A DNA stretch of 64,000 nt from Eledone cirrhosa. Its lineage: Eukaryota. This document shows positions 24,368 to 35,000 of the stretch, in pieces. Under the pieces are notes generated by a model. The model was not told the origin of the DNA, ran no database searches, and worked only from the letters and a program-made list of their open reading frames with translations. Made by a program: the position numbers and the translations under genes. The stretch is taken from the NCBI GenBank assembly GCA_964016885.1, contig OZ024740.1, positions 91,450,001 through 91,514,000 of the forward strand, read 5' to 3'. Position 1 is the first letter of the stretch. Each line of letters begins with the position of its first letter.

Positions 24368-26674
24368 CTAGTCTACCCCCCCCGGGTCATTATGGGGTTT
24401 GAGGGCGAGGTAAGTCCTACGCAATCTATGTTTACATGCAGTAACCAGTTCATCTTTCTTGTTTAGGAGTTGGTCCGTCGAAAACAGCATTTGTAAAGTT
24501 TCCTCCGAGCATAAATTGCACGGACGGCGTCCTCCCGTGTAAGAATTGGCTCTGGACAGTAATCTCCAAGTGAGATCATAGGTGATGTTGTTGTCCTTGA
24601 GGTCCCATATGTGGCCCGAAAGTGTAGTGGCGTGACGCCGGGCCGGGTTTCGGAAGGTATGTCTATGTTGGTATAGCCGGGTCTTGAAGTCACATGCGGT
24701 AAGTCCTATATAGGCTTTGTTGGAGGTATCCGTCCTCACGTTGCACTGGTAGATCACATTACGGTCTCTGCATCTATTGTCGAGTGGGCAAATAGATCTA
24801 TCCGGGCAGTTACACCTCCTGGTCGGTTCTCCACTGCTAATTAGGTTATTTCTGCCATCGGGGTTGAGTTTTTTGTTGTTAGAGGAGACGATGTTTTGTG
24901 CGAAGTTTGGTGTAGTGCTGTAAGAGAGTTTGATGGTATTTTTGTTAATTATGTTGTGGTAGCGGTGTTGTAATGGGAAGTGTTTTTCAATGAGCCTAAA
25001 GAATAGTTTCCCGATGGGAGTAGTCACCTCTGCGTTGTGGGGAGGATTGAACCATGTTACATTGCGTGAGCGGCGGTGTCTCCTGCTGGTTCCGCTAATG
25101 GGAGCTGGACAGTAGGATATTTCCTCCCGGAAACCACTCCGCTTGAGGGCCTGATTGTAATAAGGCGCATGTTCATCGAATATCCGCTCATTAGCTGACA
25201 AACGGGATATGCGGAGGGAGATGTTTTTGACCAGGTTGTTTGTGATATTCCTAGGATGGTTTGATCGGCGGTGGATGTAGTGCAGATTGTCATTAGGTTT
25301 CCTGTATGGGTAGTACAGGTCGTTTTCGAGGTCGAGGGTTACGTCCAGGAAGTTTACTCGGGTCAGGGACGTTTGTAGGGTTATTTTAAATCCCCAGTCG
25401 CGGAAGAATCTGATTAATTGTTTCCGGACCCGATCTGTACTACTGGGGTTGTACCCTTTAAGGGTAAGGAGCCCATCATCACGGTACAATCCACCACCGA
25501 ATGCAGGAAACATATCAGTGAGTTTGGCTATTAGGAATAATCCTATAAGATCAGTGACCTCCGCCGAATCCGTGGCGCCCATGCTGACGTCGAAGGGTGA
25601 GTCGGGAGCTCTTTTTATCCATTTAGAGTTGTCAAAGAGTAAGACTGTCTTCCTGGCGTGGAGGATGATTTTTCTTTCCTGGTCGGTGATGGGCACGAGT
25701 GTTTCGGCGAAGTCCAAGGCGGCAGTAAGTAGCGGTAAGGTGATTGAAGCATAGTAGCTCTCTATGTCGAACTGTATGAATTTAGTTTCTCGTTTATCCT
25801 CCATATTGCTGAACCAGGAGATTACTTCCTGGGTGTTGATCCATAGGCTAAGTCGGGTGTGTTGCTTGACTTTTGGTATCACGCGGTCTAGGATTTTTTT
25901 GCTGATTCTCCCTATGTCGGACTTCGTTGGGTTAATAAGCCTGATGGAGGGTTTACGGTCAAAATCGGATTTATGGTCCTTCAGTGTGAAGTATGGTGTC
26001 CGTGGGTCTAGAGGTTCCGTGCGGTCGGCGACCCCGAGGCTGGAGGTGATTTGTTGTCCATCTCGATTTATGTCCTCGATACAAGAGTGGTTGGCCTTTT
26101 TATAGGTGGAGTTTAGGCTGCTCCTGATCAGTGTGTGGTATCTGTCAGGGTTGACAAAGTATAGGTTCCCAGTTTTATCCGAATGCACCATGATGTCATT
26201 TGTGTTATCATACTCTGTTAGGTTGCTACGGAGTTTTTGTAGGAATCGGTTGTGTCTGGGTTTAAATTTAATGTTCTTGACCAGTTGGAAGAGGTCATTC
26301 TCGAAGGGTGCGAGCAAGGGGTTCAGGGGCGGAGATTTGTAGGTAATAAATCCGAATCTCTCCTTGGTGCTGAAGTCTTGGTTGTCGCAATATCTGTCAT
26401 AGAAAAAAGTTCTCCATCTAAGTCTTTTCGCAAATAGATCAATTTTTTGCGTGAGCATCCGAAGGTAAAGTTTTTTTGGTGGGATTGGGATGTTCTTGGT
26501 AGAGAAGTCAATGTTGTGTTTTCGCATGGTGCGGGTGAAATGAATTGAGCTTAGCGGAAAAGTCTGGATACGGCGTGGTAGGGTCGGAAAGTGCTCTACT
26601 ACGGGAGTAGGAGCTAGATAACGAAGGAAATGTGGTAAGGAACCAGGTGGACCATAACGCACCAAAGTACTCAA
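24368..26674 (-). CDS. PLE reverse transcriptase + C-terminal GIY-YIG endonuclease (Hydra-clade-like), intact
   Basis: SDKT, FDIESYY, MGATDS, YRDD, NFLDV, YRKP, WFNPP, CxCx5Cx5C linker, VIY..YIG, FKTRLYQH, CNLC..E. The listed start is TTG; the first ATG is at 26527 (719 aa). Confidence 0.95.
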   Translation of the reverse strand: MSTLVRYGPPGSLPHFLRYLAPTPVVEHFPTLPRRIQTFPLSSIHFTRTMRKHNIDFSTKNIPIPPKKLYLRMLTQKIDLFAKRLRWRTFFYDRYCDNQDFSTKERFGFITYKSPPLNPLLAPFENDLFQLVKNIKFKPRHNRFLQKLRSNLTEYDNTNDIMVHSDKTGNLYFVNPDRYHTLIRSSLNSTYKKANHSCIEDINRDGQQITSSLGVADRTEPLDPRTPYFTLKDHKSDFDRKPSIRLINPTKSDIGRISKKILDRVIPKVKQHTRLSLWINTQEVISWFSNMEDKRETKFIQFDIESYYASITLPLLTAALDFAETLVPITDQERKIILHARKTVLLFDNSKWIKRAPDSPFDVSMGATDSAEVTDLIGLFLIAKLTDMFPAFGGGLYRDDGLLTLKGYNPSSTDRVRKQLIRFFRDWGFKITLQTSLTRVNFLDVTLDLENDLYYPYRKPNDNLHYIHRRSNHPRNITNNLVKNISLRISRLSANERIFDEHAPYYNQALKRSGFREEISYCPAPISGTSRRHRRSRNVTWFNPPHNAEVTTPIGKLFFRLIEKHFPLQHRYHNIINKNTIKLSYSTTPNFAQNIVSSNNKKLNPDGRNNLISSGEPTRRCNCPDRSICPLDNRCRDRNVIYQCNVRTDTSNKAYIGLTACDFKTRLYQHRHTFRNPARRHATTLSGHIWDLKDNNITYDLTWRLLSRANSYTGGRRPCNLCSEETLQMLFSTDQLLNKKDELVTACKHRLRRTYLALKPHNDPGGVD

Positions 26675-26712
26675 TACTTGAGGTAGTAGAGTGGGTAATA
26701 GGAACCAGTAAG

Positions 26713-26806
26713 ACCCCGACAGCTGAGCTCAAGCCGTTTCGACGGCTAATTCTGGACTAAATGAAAATTTATCCTGGTATTTAAATAGCCGATCTTCTCA
26801 AGGGGT
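26713..26806 (-). ncRNA. Type I hammerhead ribozyme, U3-A8 variant (unit 2)
   Basis: Identical to 23170-23263. Confidence 0.7.
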
Positions 26807-27915
26807 AATTCCATATATGGTCAAAGTGATTGTCAAAAATCAGTAGTAATTCTGTGGTTGCAAATTAGTAGGGGAGATGGTGGCTAAACCTGCCAGTAGG
26901 AGAAAGAGGGGAGGGGGTGGAGTAGACCCAATCAAGCGTTGGTAGTGCCAGCTACAGCTGGGCATGAGGTCAAAGAAGATACAGGGGAGGGGAGGGGGAG
27001 GAAGTCGGAACGGTAGGTAGAACAATGGGGGGTAGAAATAGGAAAGAAAAAATACTGAGAGTGAAGAAAAGCAAATAAGTGTAAAGAAAAAGAAAAAGTA
27101 AAGTAAATTAAATTCAACGACCTAGGTGTCAGGCTATTGTTAGGCGAGAATAAAATAAAGAAAGAAAGAAAGAAGTAAATAAATAAATAAATAAATAAAT
27201 AAGGAAATAAGTAAGAGAACTAGGTGGGACAGATAAGGCAAGGACCCTTTTAAGAGGTATAAGTACGTAAATGATACGGTGACGGGTCAACAAAAGGGGC
27301 CAAAATACTAAAGAGACTACCACGAAATAAACAATAAAGGTTTCCATCCCGGGCCAGCAACGACCCAGTGCAGCAAAGTGAACTTGTACGAGATAATAAT
27401 TCTGAGTCCCGGGAAAAATATATACTAATGCTAACTCTAAAAGATCTAAAACAAGCTACATGAAAGTTCGTACGAAATAAAGGTAGAATACGGAGAAATA
27501 AATTCAGAATCCACCCCGCCCAGAAGAAAAGCGAAGCAAGAAATACTGAAACGAAAAAATAAGGCATAAGTGCCACTAAGAAATATAGAGGGCACAGAGA
27601 ATAGTGGGAGCGGTCGGAAAAAGGGGGAAAGTATCCGGGGTCTAAGCCAACTGCTATAAAGGGCGGAGTCCGCCAAATCTATCAAAGACTAGGGGAGGGT
27701 GGGGGGGTACTAAGGCTACATGGGGCCAAAGGGCAGCCTCGGGTGGGCGAGAAAAGACGCCGACAAAGGAGAAGAGCTGGGGTAGAAGGACAAAGGAGAG
27801 AGGGGGGAAGGAAATAAAGGAAGCGATAAAAGAATACAAAGAAGATCTTACGTCTTCCTTGGCAAGCAGGGGTTACCCATTGCAAAATCGGCAACTGGGG
27901 TGTTATAGCCCTAGT

Positions 27916-30216
27916 CTACCCCCCCGGGTCATTATGGGGTTTGAGGGCGAGGTAAGTCCTACGCAATCTATGTTTACATGCAGTAACCAGTTCATCTTTC
28001 TTGTTTAGGAGTTGGTCCGTCGAAAACAGCATTTGTAAAGTTTCCTCCGAGCATAAATTGCACGGACGGCGTCCTCCCGTGTAAGAATTGGCTCTGGACA
28101 GTAATCTCCAAGTGAGATCATAGGTGATGTTGTTGTCCTTGAGGTCCCATATGTGGCCCGAAAGTGTAGTGGCGTGACGCCGGGCCGGGTTTCGGAAGGT
28201 ATGTCTATGTTGGTATAGCCGGGTCTTGAAGTCACATGCGGTAAGTCCTATATAGGCTTTGTTGGAGGTATCCGTCCTCACGTTGCACTGGTAGATCACA
28301 TTACGGTCTCTGCATCTATTGTCGAGTGGGCAAATAGATCTATCCGGGCAGTTACACCTCCTGGTCGGTTCTCCACTGCTAATTAGGTTATTTCTGCCAT
28401 CGGGGTTGAGTTTTTTGTTGTTAGAGGAGACGATGTTTTGTGCGAAGTTTGGTGTAGTGCTGTAAGAGAGTTTGATGGTATTTTTGTTAATTATGTTGTG
28501 GTAGCGGTGTTGTAATGGGAAGTGTTTTTCAATGAGCCTAAAGAATAGTTTCCCGATGGGAGTAGTCACCTCTGCGTTGTGGGGAGGATTGAACCATGTT
28601 ACATTGCGTGAGCGGCGGTGTCTCCTGCTGGTTCCGCTAATGGGAGCTGGACAGTAGGATATTTCCTCCCGGAAACCACTCCGCTTGAGGGCCTGATTGT
28701 AATAAGGCGCATGTTCATCGAATATCCGCTCATTAGCTGACAAACGGGATATGCGGAGGGAGATGTTTTTGACCAGGTTGTTTGTGATATTCCTAGGATG
28801 GTTTGATCGGCGGTGGATGTAGTGCAGATTGTCATTAGGTTTCCTGTATGGGTAGTACAGGTCGTTTTCGAGGTCGAGGGTTACGTCCAGGAAGTTTACT
28901 CGGGTCAGGGACGTTTGTAGGGTTATTTTAAATCCCCAGTCGCCGAAGAATCTGATTAATTGTTTCCGGACCCGATCTGTACTACTGGGGTTGTACCCTT
29001 TAAGGGTAAGGAGCCCATCATCACGGTACAATCCACCACCGAATGCAGGAAACATATCAGTGAGTTTGGCTATTAGGAATAATCCTATAAGATCAGTGAC
29101 CTCCGCCGAATCCGTGGCGCCCATGCTGACGTCGAAGGGTGAGTCGGGAGCTCTTTTTATCCATTTAGAGTTGTCAAAGAGTAAGACTGTCTTCCTGGCG
29201 TGGAGGATGATTTTTCTTTCCTGGTCGGTGATGGGCACGAGTGTTTCGGCGAAGTCCAAGGCGGCAGTAAGTAGCGGTAAGGTGATTGAAGCATAGTAGC
29301 TCTCTATGTCGAACTGTATGAATTTAGTTTCTCGTTTATCCTCCATATTGCTGAACCAGGAGATTACTTCCTGGGTGTTGATCCATAGGCTAAGTCGGGT
29401 GTGTTGCTTGACTTTTGGTATCACGCGGTCTAGGATTTTTTTGCTGATTCTCCCTATGTCGGACTTCGTTGGGTTAATAAGCCTGATGGAGGGTTTACGG
29501 TCAAAATCGGATTTATGGTCCTTCAGTGTGAAGTATGGTGTCCGTGGGTCTAGAGGTTCCGTGCGGTCGGCGACCCCGAGGCTGGAGGTGATTTGTTGTC
29601 CATCTCGATTTATGTCCTCGATACAAGAGTGGTTGGCCTTTTTATAGGTGGAGTCTAGGCTGCTCCTGATCAGTGTGTGGTATCTGTCAGGGTTGACAAA
29701 GTATAGGTTCCCAGTTTTATCCGAATGCACCATGATGTCATTTGTGTTATCATACTCTGTTAGGTTGCTACGGAGTTTTTGTAGGAATCGGTTGTGTCTG
29801 GGTTTAAATTTAATGTTCTTGACCAGTTGGAAGAGGTCATTCTCGAAGGGTGCGAGCAAGGGGTTCAGGGGCGGAGATTTGTAGGTAATAAATCCGAATC
29901 TCTCCTTGGTGCTGAAGTCTTGGTTGTCGCAATATCTGTCATAGAAAAAAGTTCTCCATCTAAGTCTTTTCGCAAATAGATCAATTTTTTGCGTGAGCAT
30001 CCGAAGGTAAAGTTTTTTTGGTGGGATTGGGATGTTCTTGGTAGAGAAGTCAATGTTGTGTTTTCGCATGGTGCGGGTGAAATGAATTGAGCTTAGCGGA
30101 AAAGTCTGGATACGGCGTGGTAGGGTCGGAAAGTGCTCTACTACGGGAGTAGGAGCTAGATAACGAAGGAAATGTGGTAAGGAACCAGGTGGACCATAAC
30201 GCACCAAAGTACTCAA
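27916..30216 (-). CDS. PLE RT + GIY-YIG endonuclease, intact (copy 2)
   Basis: As copy 1, with N>D and R>G substitutions; a 1-nt shorter C run trims the last two residues. First ATG at 30069. Confidence 0.95.
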   Translation of the reverse strand: MSTLVRYGPPGSLPHFLRYLAPTPVVEHFPTLPRRIQTFPLSSIHFTRTMRKHNIDFSTKNIPIPPKKLYLRMLTQKIDLFAKRLRWRTFFYDRYCDNQDFSTKERFGFITYKSPPLNPLLAPFENDLFQLVKNIKFKPRHNRFLQKLRSNLTEYDNTNDIMVHSDKTGNLYFVNPDRYHTLIRSSLDSTYKKANHSCIEDINRDGQQITSSLGVADRTEPLDPRTPYFTLKDHKSDFDRKPSIRLINPTKSDIGRISKKILDRVIPKVKQHTRLSLWINTQEVISWFSNMEDKRETKFIQFDIESYYASITLPLLTAALDFAETLVPITDQERKIILHARKTVLLFDNSKWIKRAPDSPFDVSMGATDSAEVTDLIGLFLIAKLTDMFPAFGGGLYRDDGLLTLKGYNPSSTDRVRKQLIRFFGDWGFKITLQTSLTRVNFLDVTLDLENDLYYPYRKPNDNLHYIHRRSNHPRNITNNLVKNISLRISRLSANERIFDEHAPYYNQALKRSGFREEISYCPAPISGTSRRHRRSRNVTWFNPPHNAEVTTPIGKLFFRLIEKHFPLQHRYHNIINKNTIKLSYSTTPNFAQNIVSSNNKKLNPDGRNNLISSGEPTRRCNCPDRSICPLDNRCRDRNVIYQCNVRTDTSNKAYIGLTACDFKTRLYQHRHTFRNPARRHATTLSGHIWDLKDNNITYDLTWRLLSRANSYTGGRRPCNLCSEETLQMLFSTDQLLNKKDELVTACKHRLRRTYLALKPHNDPGG

Positions 30217-30254
30217 TACTTGAGGTAGTAGAGTGGGTAATAGGAACCAGTAAG

Positions 30255-30348
30255 ACCCCGACAGCTGAGCTCAAGCCGTTTCGACGGCTAATTCTGGACT
30301 AAATGAAAATTTATCCTGGTATTTAAATAGCCGATCTTCTCAAGGGGT
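30255..30348 (-). ncRNA. Type I hammerhead ribozyme, U3-A8 variant (unit 3)
   Basis: Identical to 23170-23263. Confidence 0.7.
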
Positions 30349-31452
30349 AATTCCATATATGGTCAAAGTGATTGTCAAAAATCAGTAGTAATTCTGTGGT
30401 TGCAAATTAGTAGGGGAGATGGTGGCTAAACCTGCCAGTAGGAGAAAGAGGGGAGGGGGTGGAGTAGACCCAATCAAGCGTTGGTAGTGCCAGCTACAGC
30501 TGGGCATGAGGTCAAAGAAGATACAGGGGAGGGGAAGGGGAGGAAGTCGGAACGGTAGGTAGAACAATTGGGGGTAGAAATAGGAAAGAAAAAATACTGA
30601 GAGTGAAGAAAAGCAAATAAGTGTAAAGAAAAAGAAAAAGTAAAGTAAATTAAATTCAACGACCTAGGTGTCAGGCTATTGTTAGGCGAGAATAAAATAA
30701 AGAAAGAAAGAAAGAAGTAAATAAATAAATAAATAAATAAATAAGGAAATAAGTAAGAGAACTAGGTGGGACAGATAAGGCAAGGACCCTTTTAAGAGGT
30801 ATAAGTACGTAAATGATACGGTGACGGGTCAACAAAAGGGGCCAAAATACTAAAGAGACTACCACGAAATAAACAATAAAGGTTTCCATCCCGGGCCAGC
30901 AACGACCCAGTGCAGCAAAGTGAACTTGTACGAGATAATAATTCTGAGTCCCGGGAAAAATATATACTAATGCTAACTCTAAAAGATCTAAAACAAGCTA
31001 CATGAAAGTTCGTACGAAATAAAGGTAGAATACGGAGAAATAAATTCAGAATCCACCCCGCCCAGAAGAAAAGCGAAGCAAGAAATACTGAAACGAAAAA
31101 ATAAGGCATAAGTGCCACTAAGAAATATAGAGGGCACAGAGAATAGTGGGAGCGGTCGGAAAAAGGGGGAAAGTATCCGGGGTCTAAGCCAACTGCTATA
31201 AAGGGCGGAGTCCGCCAAATCTATCAAAGACTAGGGGAGGGTGGGGGGGTACTAAGGCTACATGGGGCCAAAGGGCAGCCTCGGGTGGGCGAGAAAAGAC
31301 GCCGACAAAGGAGAAGAGCTGGGGTAGAAGGACAAAGGAGAGAGGGGGGAAGGAAATAAAGGAAGCGATAAAAGAATACAAAGAAGATCTTACGTCTTCC
31401 TTGGCAAGCAGGGGTTACCCATTGCAAAATCGGCAACTGGGGTGTTATAGCC

Positions 31453-33759
31453 CTAGTCTACCCCCCCCGGGTTATTATGGGGTTTGAGGGCGAGGTAAGT
31501 CCTACGCAATCTATGTTTACATGCAGTAACCAGTTCATCTTTCTTGTTTAGGAGTTGGTCCGTCGAAAACAGCATTTGTAAAGTTTCCTCCGAGCATAAA
31601 TTGCACGGACGGCGTCCTCCCGTGTAAGAATTGGCTCTGGACAGTAATCTCCAAGTGAGATCATAGGTGATGTTGTTGTCCTTGAGGTCCCATATGTGGC
31701 CCGAAAGTGTAGTGGCGTGACGCCGGGCCGGGTTTCGGAAGGTATGTCTATGTTGGTATAGCCGGGTCTTGAAGTCACATGCGGTAAGTCCTATATAGGC
31801 TTTGTTGGAGGTATCCGTCCTCACGTTGCACTGGTAGATCACATTACGGTCTCTGCATCTATTGTCGAGTGGGCAAATAGATCTATCCGGGCAGTTACAC
31901 CTCCTGGTCGGTTCTCCACTGCTAATTAGGTTATTTCTGCCATCGGGGTTGAGTTTTTTGTTGTTAGAGGAGACGATGTTTTGTGCGAAGTTTGGTGTAG
32001 TGCTGTAAGAGAGTTTGATGGTATTTTTGTTAATTATGTTGTGGTAGCGGTGTTGTAATGGGAAGTGTTTTTCAATGAGCCTAAAGAATAGTTTCCCGAT
32101 GGGAGTAGTCACCTCTGCGTTGTGGGGAGGATTGAACCATGTTACATTGCGTGAGCGGCGGTGTCTCCTGCTGGTTCCGCTAATGGGAGCTGGACAGTAG
32201 GATATTTCCTCCCGGAAACCACTCCGCTTGAGGGCCTGATTGTAATAAGGCGCATGTTCATCGAATATCCGCTCATTAGCTGACAAACGGGATATGCGGA
32301 GGGAGATGTTTTTGACCAGGTTGTTTGTGATATTCTTAGGATGGTTTGATCGGCGGTGGATGTAGTGCAGATTGTCATTAGGTTTCCTGTATGGGTAGTA
32401 CAGGTCGTTTTCGAGGTCGAGGGTTACGTCCAGGAAGTTTACTCGGGTCAGGGACGTTTGTAGGGTTATTTTAAATCCCCAGTCGCGGAAGAATCTGATT
32501 AATTGTTTCCGGACCCGATCTGTACTACTGGGGTTGTACCCTTTAAGGGTAAGGAGCCCATCATCACGGTACAATCCACCACCGAATGCAGGAAACATAT
32601 CAGTGAGTTTGGCTATTAGGAATAATCCTATAAGATCAGTGACCTCCGCCGAATCCGTGGCGCCCATGCTGACGTCGAAGGGTGAGTCGGGAGCTCTTTT
32701 TATCCATTTAGAGTTGTCAAAGAGTAAGACTGTCTTCCTGGCGTGGAGGATGATTTTTCTTTCCTGGTCGGTGATGGGCACGAGTGTTTCGGCGAAGTCC
32801 AAGGCGGCAGTAAGTAGCGGTAAGGTGATTGAAGCATAGTAGCTCTCTATGTCGAACTGTATGAATTTAGTTTCTCGTTTATCCTCCATATTGCTGAACC
32901 AGGAGATTACTTCCTGGGTGTTGATCCATAGGCTAAGTCGGGTGTGTTGCTTGACTTTTGGTATCACGCGGTCTAGGATTTTTTTGCTGATTCTCCCTAT
33001 GTCGGACTTCGTTGGGTTAATAAGCCTGATGGAGGGTTTACGGTCAAAATCGGATTTATGGTCCTTCAGTGTGAAGTATGGTGTCCGTGGGTCTAGAGGT
33101 TCCGTGCGGTCGGCGACCCCGAGGCTGGAGGTGATTTGTTGTCCATCTCGATTTATGTCCTCGATACAAGAGTGGTTGGCCTTTTTATAGGTGGAGTTTA
33201 GGCTGCTCCTGATCAGTGTGTGGTATCTGTCAGGGTTGACAAAGTATAGGTTCCCAGTTTTATCCGAATGCACCATGATGTCATTTGTGTTATCATACTC
33301 TGTTAGGTTGCTACGGAGTTTTTGTAGGAATCGGTTGTGCCTGGGTTTAAATTTAATGTTCTTGACCAGTTGGAAGAGGTCATTCTCGAAGGGTGCGAGC
33401 AAGGGGTTCAGGGGCGGAGATTTGTAGGTAATAAATCCGAATCTCTCCTTGGTGCTGAAGTCTTGGTTGTCGCAATATCTGTCATAGAAAAAAGTTCTCC
33501 ATCTAAGTCTTTTCGCAAATAGATCAATTTTTTGCGTGAGCATCCGAAGGTAAAGTTTTTTTGGTGGGATTGGGATGTTCTTGGTAGAGAAGTCAATGTT
33601 GTGTTTTCGCATGGTGCGGGTGAAATGAATTGAGCTTAGCGGAAAAGTCTGGATACGGCGTGGTAGGGTCGGAAAGTGCTCTACTACGGGAGTAGGAGCT
33701 AGATAACGAAGGAAATGTGGTAAGGAACCAGGTGGACCATAACGCACCAAAGTACTCAA
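31453..33759 (-). CDS. PLE RT + GIY-YIG endonuclease, intact (copy 3)
   Basis: As copy 1, with R>K and D>N substitutions. First ATG at 33612. Confidence 0.95.
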   Translation of the reverse strand: MSTLVRYGPPGSLPHFLRYLAPTPVVEHFPTLPRRIQTFPLSSIHFTRTMRKHNIDFSTKNIPIPPKKLYLRMLTQKIDLFAKRLRWRTFFYDRYCDNQDFSTKERFGFITYKSPPLNPLLAPFENDLFQLVKNIKFKPRHNRFLQKLRSNLTEYDNTNDIMVHSDKTGNLYFVNPDRYHTLIRSSLNSTYKKANHSCIEDINRDGQQITSSLGVADRTEPLDPRTPYFTLKDHKSDFDRKPSIRLINPTKSDIGRISKKILDRVIPKVKQHTRLSLWINTQEVISWFSNMEDKRETKFIQFDIESYYASITLPLLTAALDFAETLVPITDQERKIILHARKTVLLFDNSKWIKRAPDSPFDVSMGATDSAEVTDLIGLFLIAKLTDMFPAFGGGLYRDDGLLTLKGYNPSSTDRVRKQLIRFFRDWGFKITLQTSLTRVNFLDVTLDLENDLYYPYRKPNDNLHYIHRRSNHPKNITNNLVKNISLRISRLSANERIFDEHAPYYNQALKRSGFREEISYCPAPISGTSRRHRRSRNVTWFNPPHNAEVTTPIGKLFFRLIEKHFPLQHRYHNIINKNTIKLSYSTTPNFAQNIVSSNNKKLNPDGRNNLISSGEPTRRCNCPDRSICPLDNRCRDRNVIYQCNVRTDTSNKAYIGLTACDFKTRLYQHRHTFRNPARRHATTLSGHIWDLKDNNITYDLTWRLLSRANSYTGGRRPCNLCSEETLQMLFSTDQLLNKKDELVTACKHRLRRTYLALKPHNNPGGVD

Positions 33760-33797
33760 TACTTGAGGTAGTAGAGTGGGTAATAGGAACCAGTAAG

Positions 33798-33891
33798 ACC
33801 CCGACAGCTGAGCTCAAGCCGTTTCGACGGCTAATTCTGGACTAAATGAAAATTTATCCTGGTATTTAAATAGCCGATCTTCTCAAGGGGT
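33798..33891 (-). ncRNA. Type I hammerhead ribozyme, U3-A8 variant (unit 4)
   Basis: Identical to 23170-23263. Confidence 0.7.
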
Positions 33892-35000
33892 AATTCCATA
33901 TATGGTCAAAGTGATTGTCAAAAATCAGTAGTAATTCTGTGGTTGCAAATTAGTAGGGGAGATGGTGGCTAAACCTGCCAGTAGGAGAAAGAGGGGAGGG
34001 GGTGGAGTAGACCCAATCAAGCGTTGGTAGTGCCAGCTACAGCTGGGCATGAGGTCAAAGAAGATACAGGGGAGGGGAGGGGGAGGAAGTCGGAACGGTA
34101 GGTAGAACAATGGGGGGTAGAAATAGGAAAGAAAAAATACTGAGAGTGAAGAAAAGCAAATAAGTGTAAAGAAAAAGAAAAAGTAAAGTAAATTAAATTC
34201 AACGACCTAGGTGTCAGGCTATTGTTAGGCGAGAATAAAATAAAGAAAGAAAGAAAGAAGTAAATAAATAAATAAATAAATAAATAAGGAAATAAGTAAG
34301 AGAACTAGGTGGGACAGATAAGGCAAGGACCCTTTTAAGAGGTATAAGTACGTAAATGATACGGTGACGGGTCAACAAAAGGGGCCAAAATACTAAAGAG
34401 ACTACCACGAAATAAACAATAAAGGTTTCCATCCCGGGCCAGCAACGACCCAGTGCAGCAAAGTGAACTTGTACGAGATAATAATTCTGAGTCCCGGGAA
34501 AAATATATACTAATGCTAACTCTAAAAGATCTAAAACAAGCTACATGAAAGTTCGTACGAAATAAAGGTAGAATACGGAGAAATAAATTCAGAATCCACC
34601 CCGCCCAGAAGAAAAGCGAAGCAAGAAATACTGAAACGAAAAAATAAGGCATAAGTGCCACTAAGAAATATAGAGGGCACAGAGAATAGTGGGAGCGGTC
34701 GGAAAAAGGGGGAAAGTATCCGGGGTCTAAGCCAACTGCTATAAAGGGCGGAGTCCGCCAAATCTATCAAAGACTAGGGGAGGGTGGGGGGGTACTAAGG
34801 CTACATGGGGCCAAAGGGCAGCCTCGGGTGGGCGAGAAAAGACGCCGACAAAGGAGAAGAGCTGGGGTAGAAGGACAAAGGAGAGAGGGGGGAAGGAAAT
34901 AAAGGAAGCGATAAAAGAATACAAAGAAGATCTTACGTCTTCCTTGGCAAGCAGGGGTTACCCATTGCAAAATCGGCAACTGGGGTGTTATAGCCCTAGT

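Noticed and set aside
23075-27910. LTR retrotransposon interpretation of the direct repeats
   Set aside because: No gag, protease, RNase H or integrase, and no TG..CA ends. RT + GIY-YIG with tandem and inverted ends indicates a PLE.
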